This document shows, in pieces, positions 45,195 to 55,039 of a stretch of 64,000 bases of DNA. The position numbers were made by a program, and so were the translations under genes. How positions within the stretch are numbered: position 1 is the stretch's first letter; each line of letters opens with the position of its first letter. Below the pieces are notes generated by a model that saw only the letters and a program-made list of their open reading frames with translations, ran no database searches and was not told the DNA's origin. The stretch comes from Thermodesulfobacteriota bacterium (GTDB lineage: Bacteria; Desulfobacterota_D; UBA1144; Nemesobacterales; Mycalebacteriaceae). The DNA is taken from the NCBI GenBank assembly GCA_965226585.1, contig OZ245366.1, positions 1,216,001 to 1,280,000 on the forward strand, read 5' to 3'.

Positions 45195-45640
45195 TTTCGC
45201 CTCTTTACCGCACGCGCCATCTCCCTCTCGGCATCCTTCTTCTTAATATCCGCCCTCTTGTCAAACTTCTTCTTCCCCTTCCCCAACGCCAACTCCACCT
45301 TCGCGTAACCGCCCCTGAAATAAACCTTCGTAGGCACAAGCGCGAAACCCTTTATCTGCGTCTTGCCAGTCAACTTGTCTATCTCCCGCTTCTTTAACAA
45401 CAACTTCCGGGAACGGGTCGGGTCGTAACCATCAATATCCGCCGCCTCATACGGCGCGATGTAACTCCCAACAAGAAAAACCTCGCCAGCCCTCGCTACG
45501 GCGTAACTCTCCTTTATGCTCGCCTTGCCGCCCCTTAACGATTTAACCTCGGAGCCGGTTAAAACCATTCCGGCTTCAAACCTCTCCTCTATGCTGTAAT
45601 CCCTGTTAACCGTGGGGTGTTTGCATACCTGCTTCATCAA
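45191..45640 (-). CDS. smpB: SsrA-binding protein
   Basis: FEAGMVLTGSEVKSLR, RKLLL, LGKGKKKFDKR motifs. Confidence 0.96.
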   Translation of the reverse strand: MMKQVCKHPTVNRDYSIEERFEAGMVLTGSEVKSLRGGKASIKESYAVARAGEVFLVGSYIAPYEAADIDGYDPTRSRKLLLKKREIDKLTGKTQIKGFALVPTKVYFRGGYAKVELALGKGKKKFDKRADIKKKDAEREMARAVKRRN

Positions 45641-45642
45641 AA

Positions 45643-46296
45643 TCAGTAAAAAGTTCCCGCCACTCCAAGAACGGTGGCGATAAAACTGACGGGAGCAAGA
45701 TCTTCTATGGTGTCCAAACTGGTGTTGGCTTTCAATATCGTGTCTTTCGCGGCGTGATACAAATCATCCTCATTTACCAACTTCCCTATCGCGCCTTCAC
45801 CCTCGTCTATCTTCTCAAGAATGGAATCCAAACGCGCCGCCGCACTGGACGCCTCACTTAAAAACTTTCCGGCGTCATCTATTATCCCGTCAAAATTATG
45901 CGGCTTCTTGCCGTCAAGAGAATCCCCCGAAAAAAGCATCTCGCCACTGCCGGACGGCAAAGAAAGATTTATGTATCCAGACCCAAGAAAACTGACAAGC
46001 CGTATTGATGCAACCGTGTCTGTGGTAACGGGAGTGTTTTTCGCTATCCGCGCAACCACCTTTATCCTCTCGCCGTCTTCGGAAAACTTTATCTCCTTAA
46101 CATTGCCGACACGCACGCCCTCCATCTTTACAAGCGTCCCCTCGTTCAAACCGGACGCAGACTCAAAATAAATGTTCAGATTTTTGTAACTTGAAAAAAA
46201 CGGCAGGCTTCCCGCGAACTCAAGCACAACAAGAACGGCAAGAATGCCGGTGAGGAAAAACGCGCCCGTCTTTAAATTTTTTCTTCCGCCTTTCAC
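45643..46296 (-). CDS. mlaD: MCE-domain protein (MlaD family)
   Basis: N-terminal TM helix, FESASGLNEGTLVKMEGVRVGNV, helical tail with EGAIGKLVNE. Confidence 0.88.
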   Translation of the reverse strand: MKGGRKNLKTGAFFLTGILAVLVVLEFAGSLPFFSSYKNLNIYFESASGLNEGTLVKMEGVRVGNVKEIKFSEDGERIKVVARIAKNTPVTTDTVASIRLVSFLGSGYINLSLPSGSGEMLFSGDSLDGKKPHNFDGIIDDAGKFLSEASSAAARLDSILEKIDEGEGAIGKLVNEDDLYHAAKDTILKANTSLDTIEDLAPVSFIATVLGVAGTFY

Positions 46297-47060
46297 AATT
46301 CTTCCTCCCTCTCCGCTTCAAAGAAACTCCTTACAAGAGGGTCTTCACTGGCGGAAACCTGTTCAACCGTTCCGGTCTCTATCACCCTTCCGCCATGCAT
46401 TATAGATAACCGCTCGGCAAGGGTAAAAGCAAGTTGTATGTCGTGCGTTACAATCATCTGCGTTATGCCGATATTTTCGCGTATGGCGACAATCAGGTCG
46501 CTCACGGCTTTTTTTGTGGCGGGGTCAAGCCCGGTTGTCGGCTCGTCAAACAGCAAAACATCAGGGTTTGTCAGCAAAGCCCGCGCTATGGCGACACGCC
46601 TTTTCATTCCACCGCTTAATTGTGAAGGCAAAGCGTCTTCCCTTCCCGATATGCCGACAACGGAAAGCGCGGCGCGGGAAAGAGCGGTTATCTCGCGCTC
46701 GTTTTTCATAAAAACCCGCTCCCTTAAATACAACTCCACATTCTCCGCCACCGTCATTGAATTGAAAAGCGCGGACGACTGAAACACAAGAGACACCGTT
46801 GCCCCCGCCTCAGAGGGAGGAAGCGAGTTTATCAGCACCTCGCCCTCATCCGGCTCTTCCAGTCCGCATATCTGGCGCAAAAGCGTGGTTTTTCCCGAAC
46901 CGCTTCTGCCGATAACCACCATCATCTCGCCCGCTTTGACCTCAAGATTCGCCCCGCTCAAAACCTTAAGTTCACCAAAAGTTTTTGTTACACCTTTAAC
47001 CTCAATCCCCGTAGGCTTTCCGCACAGATGCGCCATCAGTATTTCAAGGTCGCCGCTCAT
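46293..47060 (-). CDS. mlaF: ABC transporter ATP-binding protein (MlaF family)
   Basis: GRSGSGKT, FQSSALFNSMTV, LSGGMKRRVAIARA, FDEPTTGLDP, THD. Confidence 0.9.
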   Translation of the reverse strand: MSGDLEILMAHLCGKPTGIEVKGVTKTFGELKVLSGANLEVKAGEMMVVIGRSGSGKTTLLRQICGLEEPDEGEVLINSLPPSEAGATVSLVFQSSALFNSMTVAENVELYLRERVFMKNEREITALSRAALSVVGISGREDALPSQLSGGMKRRVAIARALLTNPDVLLFDEPTTGLDPATKKAVSDLIVAIRENIGITQMIVTHDIQLAFTLAERLSIMHGGRVIETGTVEQVSASEDPLVRSFFEAEREEEL

Positions 47061-47066
47061 AACTTC

Positions 47067-47852
47067 CTACACTATCCCCGCCACAGACAACACTTTGGAG
47101 ATGAAATAATCGCAAACAAGTATCATCACAATTGACGCCACAACCGCCCGCGTAACCGAAACCCCTATCTGGCGGGGTCCTCCCCTTGTTTTAAGCCCGA
47201 TTTTACAGCATATCATCAGGATTACCAGACCGAAGAAAAGCGCCTTTATAACGCCGTTCAAAACCGTTTTGTAGGTTACGAAATCGCCGAGATTGTTGAA
47301 ATACACAACCGCCGGAAGCGACACCTGAGGGTTTGTCGCGCTCACCACCGCGCCGCCTATCCAGCCCGTTACTATCATCAAAAGCACCAGCACGGGCATT
47401 GATATCGCGAAAGCCACAAGGCGCGGAGTTACGAGAAACTTCACGGGGTCTATCTTCATCGTTTGGAGCGCGTCTATCTCGTCATAAACCCGCATTGACG
47501 CCAGTTCCGCGGTTATCGCCGAACCCAGCCGCCCCGCGACAAGAATTGAGCACATAACGGGACCTATCTCCCTTGAAACCGCTATCCCCACAAGACCGCC
47601 AAGCGTTTCCTGTATGCCGAAACCGGCAAGCAGGGGTCCCGTCTGCAGGGCAAGCACCGCGCCGCTTGAAAGCCCGATTATCGCCGCCACAACAAGCGTG
47701 TCCGCCCCGATAACAACTATCTGGAACATCACCTTGTCTGCGTTCGCCCTGATGTCTTTGCACCAGTAGACGGACGAAGCAAACAGGGCGAGAGCGTCTC
47801 CCGTGAAAGCCGCGAACCGGTGTAAAACTCCCCGCTTCATAACTGTCTGCAC
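47067..47852 (-). CDS. mlaE: MlaE-family ABC permease
   Basis: REIGPV, AGRLGSAITAELASMRVYDEIDAL, VGVSVTRAVV-like motifs. Confidence 0.92.
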   Translation of the reverse strand: MQTVMKRGVLHRFAAFTGDALALFASSVYWCKDIRANADKVMFQIVVIGADTLVVAAIIGLSSGAVLALQTGPLLAGFGIQETLGGLVGIAVSREIGPVMCSILVAGRLGSAITAELASMRVYDEIDALQTMKIDPVKFLVTPRLVAFAISMPVLVLLMIVTGWIGGAVVSATNPQVSLPAVVYFNNLGDFVTYKTVLNGVIKALFFGLVILMICCKIGLKTRGGPRQIGVSVTRAVVASIVMILVCDYFISKVLSVAGIV

Positions 47853-49234
47853 ATCTCCTCGCTTTTTACCGCCTCTCCAATCTTAACAGGCAAAAACAGA
47901 AATCTAATCTTCCGCGCTTCAAAATCCGAAGAATATCCAAGCGCGCCGCCCGCAACCAGAAACGATGACTTCTCGCACGATTTTCTGAATGAGAACGTTC
48001 CGAAAAGAAACGAAACCGCCGTTCCCTTTCCTTCCATCGTCCGCACATCAAGAGGCCGCCACAAAAAGGCGTAGTTTCTGTAAAGTTTTCCGCTTGACCC
48101 TATAAACGGCTCTATGGGCGAGAACATATGAAACCGCGCCGCCCCGCGCTCGTCCCGCTTGTAAGTGAACAGGGGCCAGAGGTCAACGCGAATGGACTGC
48201 CTTTTGTTTGTGTTGTGGGGAATCTCGCGCCGGATTTTCAGGGCGAGAAGAAAAGTGTCTTTTGTGGAGACGCTTGAAGTCAGGTTGAAGCGGACTGAGG
48301 TATAGAGGGGCCAGAGGATAAACCGCGTTTTTTTAACGCCGCGTATTTCCGATTTTTCAAAAAACGGGAAAAACCGCACCCGCCTTGAGTTGTCAGACTT
48401 GCTGAAATTGATAAGGGGCCAGGGCACATGATACGACTTCAAATTGGTTGCCGAATCCGTGCTTTTCTGAAACAGGGGCCACAGGTACATACGGTGCGAC
48501 TGGGTTTGGTAGTCAAAACGGTAGTAGAACGGGAAAAACGCCTTGTAGTATCTATAATTGCGGTCTTCCAGTCTGCCCTTCTCTTTTTCCAGATACAGGG
48601 GCCACAGGGCGAAGCGCAGGCGCGAGTTAGAGTCTTTCACAGAGCCGTAAAGGGGCCAGAAGCGGAAGCCCTCTTTGCCGTCCGAATAGAAACCGATAAG
48701 GGGCCAGAGGATGTTGTGCGAAACCCCCGTTTCCGAGCGCGTTTGCAGGTAGAGCGGGAACATATACGTCTTCACCTTGCCGCCGAAATTGCCGTAGAAC
48801 GGGGCGAATGAAAACAGGTTTCTTTCAGGCATTTCCGAAGAGCGGTAGAAAAGCAGCGGGTAGATTCTGAAACTTGTTTCCGTTATGGCGGCGGCTTCCA
48901 CATCCCTTACCTCTCCGCGCAGGGATATCAGGTTGAAAAGAAAACCCGCGTTGTAGCCGTTGTGGTCTTTTCTGAAATTGAAAAACGGATACAGCAGTTC
49001 CACGTTGAGAGTCTCGCGCTGAAGATTTCTGCTGACATGAAAAAACGGTCTGAACCCGTATGAGCCCGTCTCTCTGTCGTCATTTCTTGTTTTTACATAG
49101 GGACCCAGTTCGTAGGCGGAAGTCTTTTCGCTTGAAAACCCGAAAGGGTCCGGCTCCATAACAAACGCGCTTGCGGGCGCGGATAAAAGAACGCACAACG
49201 CGAAAACCGCCGCCTTGATGACTGTTTTTTTCAA
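47837..49234 (-). CDS. Secreted hypothetical protein with about 15 aromatic (F/L)(W/F/Y)P(L/F) hairpin-like repeats
   Basis: Signal peptide ..LLSAPASA; repeats such as LLYPFF, ILWPLI, RFWPLY, ALWPLY, YLWPLF, DLWPLF; overlaps alr and mlaE. Confidence 0.8.
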   Translation of the reverse strand: MKKTVIKAAVFALCVLLSAPASAFVMEPDPFGFSSEKTSAYELGPYVKTRNDDRETGSYGFRPFFHVSRNLQRETLNVELLYPFFNFRKDHNGYNAGFLFNLISLRGEVRDVEAAAITETSFRIYPLLFYRSSEMPERNLFSFAPFYGNFGGKVKTYMFPLYLQTRSETGVSHNILWPLIGFYSDGKEGFRFWPLYGSVKDSNSRLRFALWPLYLEKEKGRLEDRNYRYYKAFFPFYYRFDYQTQSHRMYLWPLFQKSTDSATNLKSYHVPWPLINFSKSDNSRRVRFFPFFEKSEIRGVKKTRFILWPLYTSVRFNLTSSVSTKDTFLLALKIRREIPHNTNKRQSIRVDLWPLFTYKRDERGAARFHMFSPIEPFIGSSGKLYRNYAFLWRPLDVRTMEGKGTAVSFLFGTFSFRKSCEKSSFLVAGGALGYSSDFEARKIRFLFLPVKIGEAVKSEEMCRQL

Positions 49235-50328
49235 GATGGCTTAAACACCTTCCTGACCGTCTTTCCGCCCATAACGGTCATCACCTCGTAAGGCACGGTG
49301 CCGGCCCACGCCGCCACATCGTCAACCGAAACGCGCCCGTCTCCGAAAAGAACCACCTCATCGCCCACGCAAACGCCGGGAATATCCGTTACGTCAACCG
49401 TTGTGGAGTCCATACAAACCTTTCCCGCCACCGGCGCGGCGGCTCCCCTCACCGATACGTTTGCGCGGTTTGAAAGCGCGCGGAAATAGCCGTCTTTATA
49501 TCCGGCGGGAACTGTTGCAAGCACAGACGGTTTTTTTGTTACAAATGTTCCGCCGTATCCTATGGGCTTGCCCGCCTCCACGCGCCTTATGTGCGCGACT
49601 GAAGTTTTTATGCTCATCACGGGCTCAAGCCCTTTTTTCTCAAACGAAGAGCCGTAGAGCATAATTCCGGGGCGCACGGCGTTTCCGAAAGATTCGGGAA
49701 ACCTTTGCACCGCCGCGCTGTTTGCCATGTGTTTTTGCGCCGCCGCCGCGCCGCAGTTTTCAAGGGTGGAAACTGCGCGGTTGAAACGGTCTATCTGCCC
49801 AAGTGTCGGCTCTTTTTCAGGGGCGGAAGAATAAGCGAGATGGGTAAAAACGCCGTCAAGCCGCAGGCTTTTCATTTCCCGCGCTTGCCGGGCGAGAGCG
49901 GCGGCTTCATCCTCCTCCGCGCCGAAACGCCCCATTCCCGTGTCTATTTTCAAATGAAAGCCAACCTGTTTTCCGTTCTTCGCCGCAGATGATGAAAGGG
50001 ATTTGAGGCAATCTGAAGTAAAAATGGAAAGCGTTATGTCCGCCTTTACAGACTGCTCAACCATCGCCCCCGGAACGGCTCCGAGAACAAGCACGGGAGC
50101 AGACACGCCCGATTCTCTCAATTCAAGTGCCTCCTCCATGGAGGAAACTCCAAGCATTGAAACTTGCGGGATTTGTTCAAGAACGCGGGATATTTCAACG
50201 GCTCCGTGTCCGTAAGCGTCCGCCTTGACGACCGCTATAATTCCGACATCGCCGCCAACCGTCCGCGCTGACAGTTCCACATTGTTTTTCAACGCATTTA
50301 AGTCAATTTCAGCCCATACACGGTTCAT
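49231..50328 (-). CDS. alr: Alanine racemase
   Basis: AVVKADAYGHG, HLKIDTGMGR, VRPGIMLYG, IGYG, VCMD motifs. Confidence 0.96.
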   Translation of the reverse strand: MNRVWAEIDLNALKNNVELSARTVGGDVGIIAVVKADAYGHGAVEISRVLEQIPQVSMLGVSSMEEALELRESGVSAPVLVLGAVPGAMVEQSVKADITLSIFTSDCLKSLSSSAAKNGKQVGFHLKIDTGMGRFGAEEDEAAALARQAREMKSLRLDGVFTHLAYSSAPEKEPTLGQIDRFNRAVSTLENCGAAAAQKHMANSAAVQRFPESFGNAVRPGIMLYGSSFEKKGLEPVMSIKTSVAHIRRVEAGKPIGYGGTFVTKKPSVLATVPAGYKDGYFRALSNRANVSVRGAAAPVAGKVCMDSTTVDVTDIPGVCVGDEVVLFGDGRVSVDDVAAWAGTVPYEVMTVMGGKTVRKVFKPS

Positions 50329-50414
50329 TAAATAACAAGGCGCTGCGGGAGATTAAAGGCCTCTGATTATGATAAGATACCACTTCAAGGAAAGCAACAG
50401 GACACCCCGCCAAT

Positions 50415-51575
50415 ATGAACCCCGCCGAGGCGAGATCAACTCAGATAATAGGAATTGTGCTTGCGACCCGTCTGCTGGGAATTTTTCTCATACTTCCGGT
50501 TTTCAGCCCCTATGTGATTGACTATCCCGGCTCATCTCACTTTCTCGCCGGTCTCGCGTTCGGAATGTACGCCCTCACACAGGCGGCTTTACAAATTCCA
50601 TTCGGACGCGCAAGCGACAGGTTCGGGAGAAAGCCCGTTATTGTGGCGGGATTGATGATTTTCTGCGCGGGAAGCGTCTGGTGCGGACTTGCGGACGGAA
50701 TATGGGAATTTGTCGCCGCACGGTCGCTTCAAGGTTGCGGCGCGGTCGGTTCCGTGGCAATTGCCGCCCTGGGAGACTCCACCAGACCGCAAGTGCGCGG
50801 ACAGTGCTTTGCGGTAACGGGAATTATCATCGGGGCGAGTTTTATGGTGTCTATTGTCGCGGGTCCCGCCCTTGTGTCGTGGATTGATTTTCAGGGGCTT
50901 TTCTACATAACGGCGGCGCTTGGAGCGGCGGCGGCGGTTATAACCCTGCTGTTTTTTCCCGAAACGGAAAAGATGCCTGAGCGGTCGCGTGAGGGAGTTC
51001 TGTCTGTTTTGCGGAGACGGGGGGCGAGAAAAATTCTGCTCGGCGCGTTTTTCCTGTCGTCTGTTTTGAGCATATTTCTTTTTGTGTTTCCGCTTAACTG
51101 GGAAGAATCCGCCGGAGGGGAAATCTCGCGCATCTGGACGGCGTATCTTGCCGCGCTCGCTCCCGCCGCGCTGATTACTTATCCGTTTGTGAAACTGATG
51201 GAAAAGCGCGGCACGATGAACATACCGCCGTCTGTGGCGATGGTTCTGCTCGGCGCGGGAACGGCGGCGGCAATGGCAAGCGGCGGAAAAGCGGGAATGA
51301 TAGCGGCGGGCGCGGCGTTTTTTCTGGGTCATTCCATATTTCAGACGCTTCTGCCCACCTTTCTCACAAGCATCGTTCCCGAAGGCGAGAGGGGAAACGC
51401 GAGCGGTTTTCTCAATCTTGCGGGATTTTCAGGGGCTTTTGCCGGAAGCGCGCTCGCGGGGCTTCTCTATGCGGCGGGAGCGGGCGCGGCTCTGGCTTTG
51501 TGTCTGGCGCTGATAGCGATATGGTTCTTTGCGGGCGCGCCTGAGCCGCCCGAAGCGGAGGCGGACAAAGCATGA
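50415..51575 (+). CDS. MFS transporter (YajR-like)
   Basis: RLLGIFLILPV, QIPFGRASDRFGRKP MFS motif A, about 12 TM segments. Confidence 0.88.
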   Translation: MNPAEARSTQIIGIVLATRLLGIFLILPVFSPYVIDYPGSSHFLAGLAFGMYALTQAALQIPFGRASDRFGRKPVIVAGLMIFCAGSVWCGLADGIWEFVAARSLQGCGAVGSVAIAALGDSTRPQVRGQCFAVTGIIIGASFMVSIVAGPALVSWIDFQGLFYITAALGAAAAVITLLFFPETEKMPERSREGVLSVLRRRGARKILLGAFFLSSVLSIFLFVFPLNWEESAGGEISRIWTAYLAALAPAALITYPFVKLMEKRGTMNIPPSVAMVLLGAGTAAAMASGGKAGMIAAGAAFFLGHSIFQTLLPTFLTSIVPEGERGNASGFLNLAGFSGAFAGSALAGLLYAAGAGAALALCLALIAIWFFAGAPEPPEAEADKA

Positions 51576-52462
51576 CTTTTGAACGGATTTATTCGGGAAA
51601 CAAATCAGGCGGCAAACCCGTCATATCGTTTGAAATCTTTCCCCCGAAAACACCTGAGGGAATGGACAACCTTTCCCGCACTCTGGACGAACTCGCCGCC
51701 CTTTCGCCGGGATTCATATCGGTTACCTACGGCGCGATGGGAACAACGAGGGAAAACAGTTTTGAAATCGCCTCGCGCATAAAAGAGATGGGAATTGAGA
51801 CGGCGAGCCACCTGACTTGTGTCGGCTCTTCAAGCGGCGAAATAGAGCGGATATTGGGCGAACTGCGCGAACGCGGGATAGAAAACATAGTCGCGCTGAG
51901 AGGCGACCCGCCCGGCGGAGGAGGAAGCTTTGTCGCGGAAAACGGCGGATACAGTTACGCAAACGAACTGGTAAGCCACATTCGGGATTTTGACAAAAGG
52001 GGCGGCGGCAAAAGTTTCGGGGTCGCCGTTGCGGGCTATCCTGAAAAGCATACCGAAGCGGAGTCTCTTGAAAAAGACATAGAAAACCTCGCGAAAAAAA
52101 CACGCGCCGGGGCGGACGCTGTCATCACACAGCTTTTTTATGACAACGCTTTCTATTTTGACTACCTTCAAAAAGCGCGGAGCGCGGGCATAGAAACGCC
52201 CGTTGTGCCGGGTCTTATGCCGATAGTGTCTGCAAAGCAGGTGGTGAAAATAACTTCAATGTGCGGCAGTTCCATACCGAAAGGGATTATGGCGCGGCTT
52301 GAGGAATGTGAGAAAGAAAACCGGAGCGCGGAGGATGTGGGGGTAAACGTTTGCGCGGCGCAGGCTGAGGAACTTCTGGAAAAAGGCGCGCCGGGAATAC
52401 ACTTTTACGTTCTCAACAGAGCGGCGCAGGTGAAAGCCGTTTTGAACCGGCTCGGTTTATAA
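51572..52462 (+). CDS. metF: 5,10-methylenetetrahydrofolate reductase
   Basis: SFEIFPPK, SVTYGA, HLTC, ALRGD, AGYPEKH, TQLFYD, GIHFYVLN motifs. Confidence 0.95.
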   Translation: MTFERIYSGNKSGGKPVISFEIFPPKTPEGMDNLSRTLDELAALSPGFISVTYGAMGTTRENSFEIASRIKEMGIETASHLTCVGSSSGEIERILGELRERGIENIVALRGDPPGGGGSFVAENGGYSYANELVSHIRDFDKRGGGKSFGVAVAGYPEKHTEAESLEKDIENLAKKTRAGADAVITQLFYDNAFYFDYLQKARSAGIETPVVPGLMPIVSAKQVVKITSMCGSSIPKGIMARLEECEKENRSAEDVGVNVCAAQAEELLEKGAPGIHFYVLNRAAQVKAVLNRLGL

Positions 52463-52470
52463 ATCAGCCG

Positions 52471-53100
52471 TCAGGGGGCGAGACGCTCAACAACCCATCC
52501 GCCGCCGCCCATGCGGTAGCGGATTCTGTCGTGCATCCGGTTTTTTCTTCCCTGCCAGAACTCAAAAACGGAGGGAACAACGCGGTAGCCTTCCCAAAAC
52601 GGCGGACGGGGAACCTTGTCCGTATTTTTGAATTCCTTTTCTCTTTGGGCAAACAACTCGTCAAGCTCGCTTCTGTCGTTCACAACCTCGCCCTGCGGCG
52701 AAGCCCACGCCCCTATCGCGCTCATCCGGGGTCTTGTGGCGAAATAGGCATCCGCCTCCTTGTCTCCGACCTTTTCCACTTTGCCCTCAACTCGCACCTG
52801 CCTTTCCATGGACACCCAGAAAAAACACATTGCGGCGCGGGGGGCGGATTTGAGTTCCGCGCCTTTTCTGCTGAGAGAGTTTGTGTAGAAAACAAACCCG
52901 CTTTTGTCCGCCCCTTTGAGAAGAAGCGTTCTTGATGACGGATTTCCGCCCGCGGCGGTTGAAAGCGTAAAGGCGTTTGGAAGGTCTATCCCAGCATTTT
53001 TCGCGTCTGTGTACCAGAGGTCGAACTGCTCAAAAGGGTCTTTTGAAACGCCGTTTTCATCAAGTGTCATAAGGTTGTATTGCCTGTCTGTTTTTGTCAT
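52471..53100 (-). CDS. pdxH: Pyridoxine/pyridoxamine 5'-phosphate oxidase
   Basis: RTLLLK, FYTN..SRK, RQVRVEG, EFWQGR..RMHDR, ERLAP. Confidence 0.95.
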   Translation of the reverse strand: MTKTDRQYNLMTLDENGVSKDPFEQFDLWYTDAKNAGIDLPNAFTLSTAAGGNPSSRTLLLKGADKSGFVFYTNSLSRKGAELKSAPRAAMCFFWVSMERQVRVEGKVEKVGDKEADAYFATRPRMSAIGAWASPQGEVVNDRSELDELFAQREKEFKNTDKVPRPPFWEGYRVVPSVFEFWQGRKNRMHDRIRYRMGGGGWVVERLAP

Positions 53101-53969
53101 CAGCCGCCACCGCTTAATTCGGAAAGCAGAAATTCGTCAAGGTTTTCGTCTTCAAACTCAAAACCCGCGTCCGCCAGTTTGCCCGGAACCGCCCTCGCGC
53201 TCGCGGTAATAACTTCCCCGCCCATCTCACCGAAAACAAGTTTTATAATCCCCGCAGGCACGGAAAGAAAAACCTTTCGCCCCACGGCGCGCGCAACGGC
53301 GCGAGTGAATTCGCGGTTTGTTGCCGGCGAGGGCGACACGATATTCACCGCCCCCGAAACAGTCTCGTTTTCCATCGCAAACTCCATCGCCCTCACCGCG
53401 TCTTTTAACGATATCCACCCCATATAGCCGCTTCCGTCTCCCGCCACCGCGCCAAGCCCAAGTTTGAAGGGCAGTTTCATAGTTTTAAGCGCGCCGCCCT
53501 TTGATGAGAGGACGATGCCGAACCGCAAATTCACAACCCTTACAGAAGGCGGAACCTCTTTTGCGGCGGCTTCCCACCTGCCCGCGACACGGGCAAGAAA
53601 ACCCTCTCCCTCCGCGCTTTGCTCGTTTAGAATCTCATCCGCCCTGCTTCCGTAAAACCCCGTGGCGGAAGCGCAGAGAAACACCTTCGGCGGTCTGTTG
53701 AGACGCGAAAAGACAGACGCCAAATAACTCGCGCTCTCAACCCTGCTGTTCTCAATCTCTTTTTTGACTGATGAGTTCCACCTTCGCATTATGCCGTATC
53801 CGCAAAGGTTGACCGCCGCGTCCGCGCCCTCAAAATCCGCGTCATGGAAAAACGGACTGCCGCCCCGCATGTTTCTTTCAAGACGCTCAACATCGTGCCC
53901 CCGCGCCTCAAGAGAGGCGGCAAAAGCCGAGCCTATCAGACCGCCGGAACCGGAAATCAGCACTCTCAC
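53100..53969 (-). CDS. TIGR01777/YfcH-family NAD-dependent epimerase-like protein
   Basis: SGSGGLIG, VNLCG, SRV, ASATGFYG, LRFGIVLS..GGAL. Confidence 0.88.
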   Translation of the reverse strand: MRVLISGSGGLIGSAFAASLEARGHDVERLERNMRGGSPFFHDADFEGADAAVNLCGYGIMRRWNSSVKKEIENSRVESASYLASVFSRLNRPPKVFLCASATGFYGSRADEILNEQSAEGEGFLARVAGRWEAAAKEVPPSVRVVNLRFGIVLSSKGGALKTMKLPFKLGLGAVAGDGSGYMGWISLKDAVRAMEFAMENETVSGAVNIVSPSPATNREFTRAVARAVGRKVFLSVPAGIIKLVFGEMGGEVITASARAVPGKLADAGFEFEDENLDEFLLSELSGGG

Positions 53970-54010
53970 AGTTTTTCAATACTGTTTGATAAAGGGCGGG
54001 AAAGCAAACA

Positions 54011-55039
54011 TCAGCGGGAGCCGAATGCGTCTATTATGCGCCCCTGATACATGGCGACCTGTTCGGGCGAAAGGTAGTAATGCGGCGCGCTCAGTATCGG
54101 CAAGTCAACATAAGCGGCGCACTCCTCAATCCTGTCTCTGCACTGCCGTGCCGTGCCGACAACGGCAAAGGTTTCAAGCATCTCGTCGCTAACATTTTCT
54201 ATCATCGCTTCGATGTCTCCGCTGAAATAGGCGTCACGTATCTTTTCCGCCACATCCGCGAATCCGTGCAATTTGAACGGCTCTCTGTAAGTTTTGACTG
54301 TGGCGTAGAACGCGACTGTGGCTTTTGCGGCTCTACGGGTTTGCTCAACATCGCTGTCACCGCAAACGGCGCAGATAAAGATGGTTGACAGGGTAAAGTT
54401 CGCACGGTCTCGCCCCGATTGTGAAAGACCTTCAAGCAGGGCGGGAAGAACCCGCTCTTTTGTGTATTTTTCCGTGCAGACGATATGCCCTATGTATCCG
54501 TCAGCGGAACGGGCGGATTCCCGCGCCATATTTTCCCCGACCGCGGCGAGAAAAACCGGCACTTCCTCGCGGACGGGCTTAAACGGTCTTCTGAAACCTT
54601 TGATGTTGATGTTGTAGTGTTCGCCCTCATACACAACATCCGCCCCCTTGTGAGAGCCGGAAATGACGCGCCGTGCGATTTCAACGCACTCCCTGATTCT
54701 CGCCACCGGTTTGCCGTGCGTTTGTCCGTGCCACATCTCGTTTGTTCGCCGCGCCCCGGAGCCCAGCCCAAGTATCAAACGACCGCCGGACGCTTCGTCC
54801 AAGTCCATCGCGCTTATCGCCGTTATAAGCGGGCTTCGCACAAACGCGAGCGCGACTGATGTGCCAAGTTTAATTTTTGAGGTCGCGGGCGCGATAGCCG
54901 CGAGTTGCTGAAACGCTGTTCTGTAAAGTTCGGTTGTCCAGACGGAATGAAAACCCGCATTTTCCGCCGCGCGGGAGACTTCAACGATTTCCCTTATGGA
55001 GTGAGAGTCAACTATCAGTCCGAGGGGAATGTTTTTCAC
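54011..55039 (-). CDS. Luciferase-like monooxygenase (LLM) family flavin/F420-dependent oxidoreductase
   Basis: AENAGFHSVWTTE, IKLGTSV, SGGRLILGLGSG, VFLAAVG motifs. Confidence 0.88.
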   Translation of the reverse strand: MKNIPLGLIVDSHSIREIVEVSRAAENAGFHSVWTTELYRTAFQQLAAIAPATSKIKLGTSVALAFVRSPLITAISAMDLDEASGGRLILGLGSGARRTNEMWHGQTHGKPVARIRECVEIARRVISGSHKGADVVYEGEHYNINIKGFRRPFKPVREEVPVFLAAVGENMARESARSADGYIGHIVCTEKYTKERVLPALLEGLSQSGRDRANFTLSTIFICAVCGDSDVEQTRRAAKATVAFYATVKTYREPFKLHGFADVAEKIRDAYFSGDIEAMIENVSDEMLETFAVVGTARQCRDRIEECAAYVDLPILSAPHYYLSPEQVAMYQGRIIDAFGSR

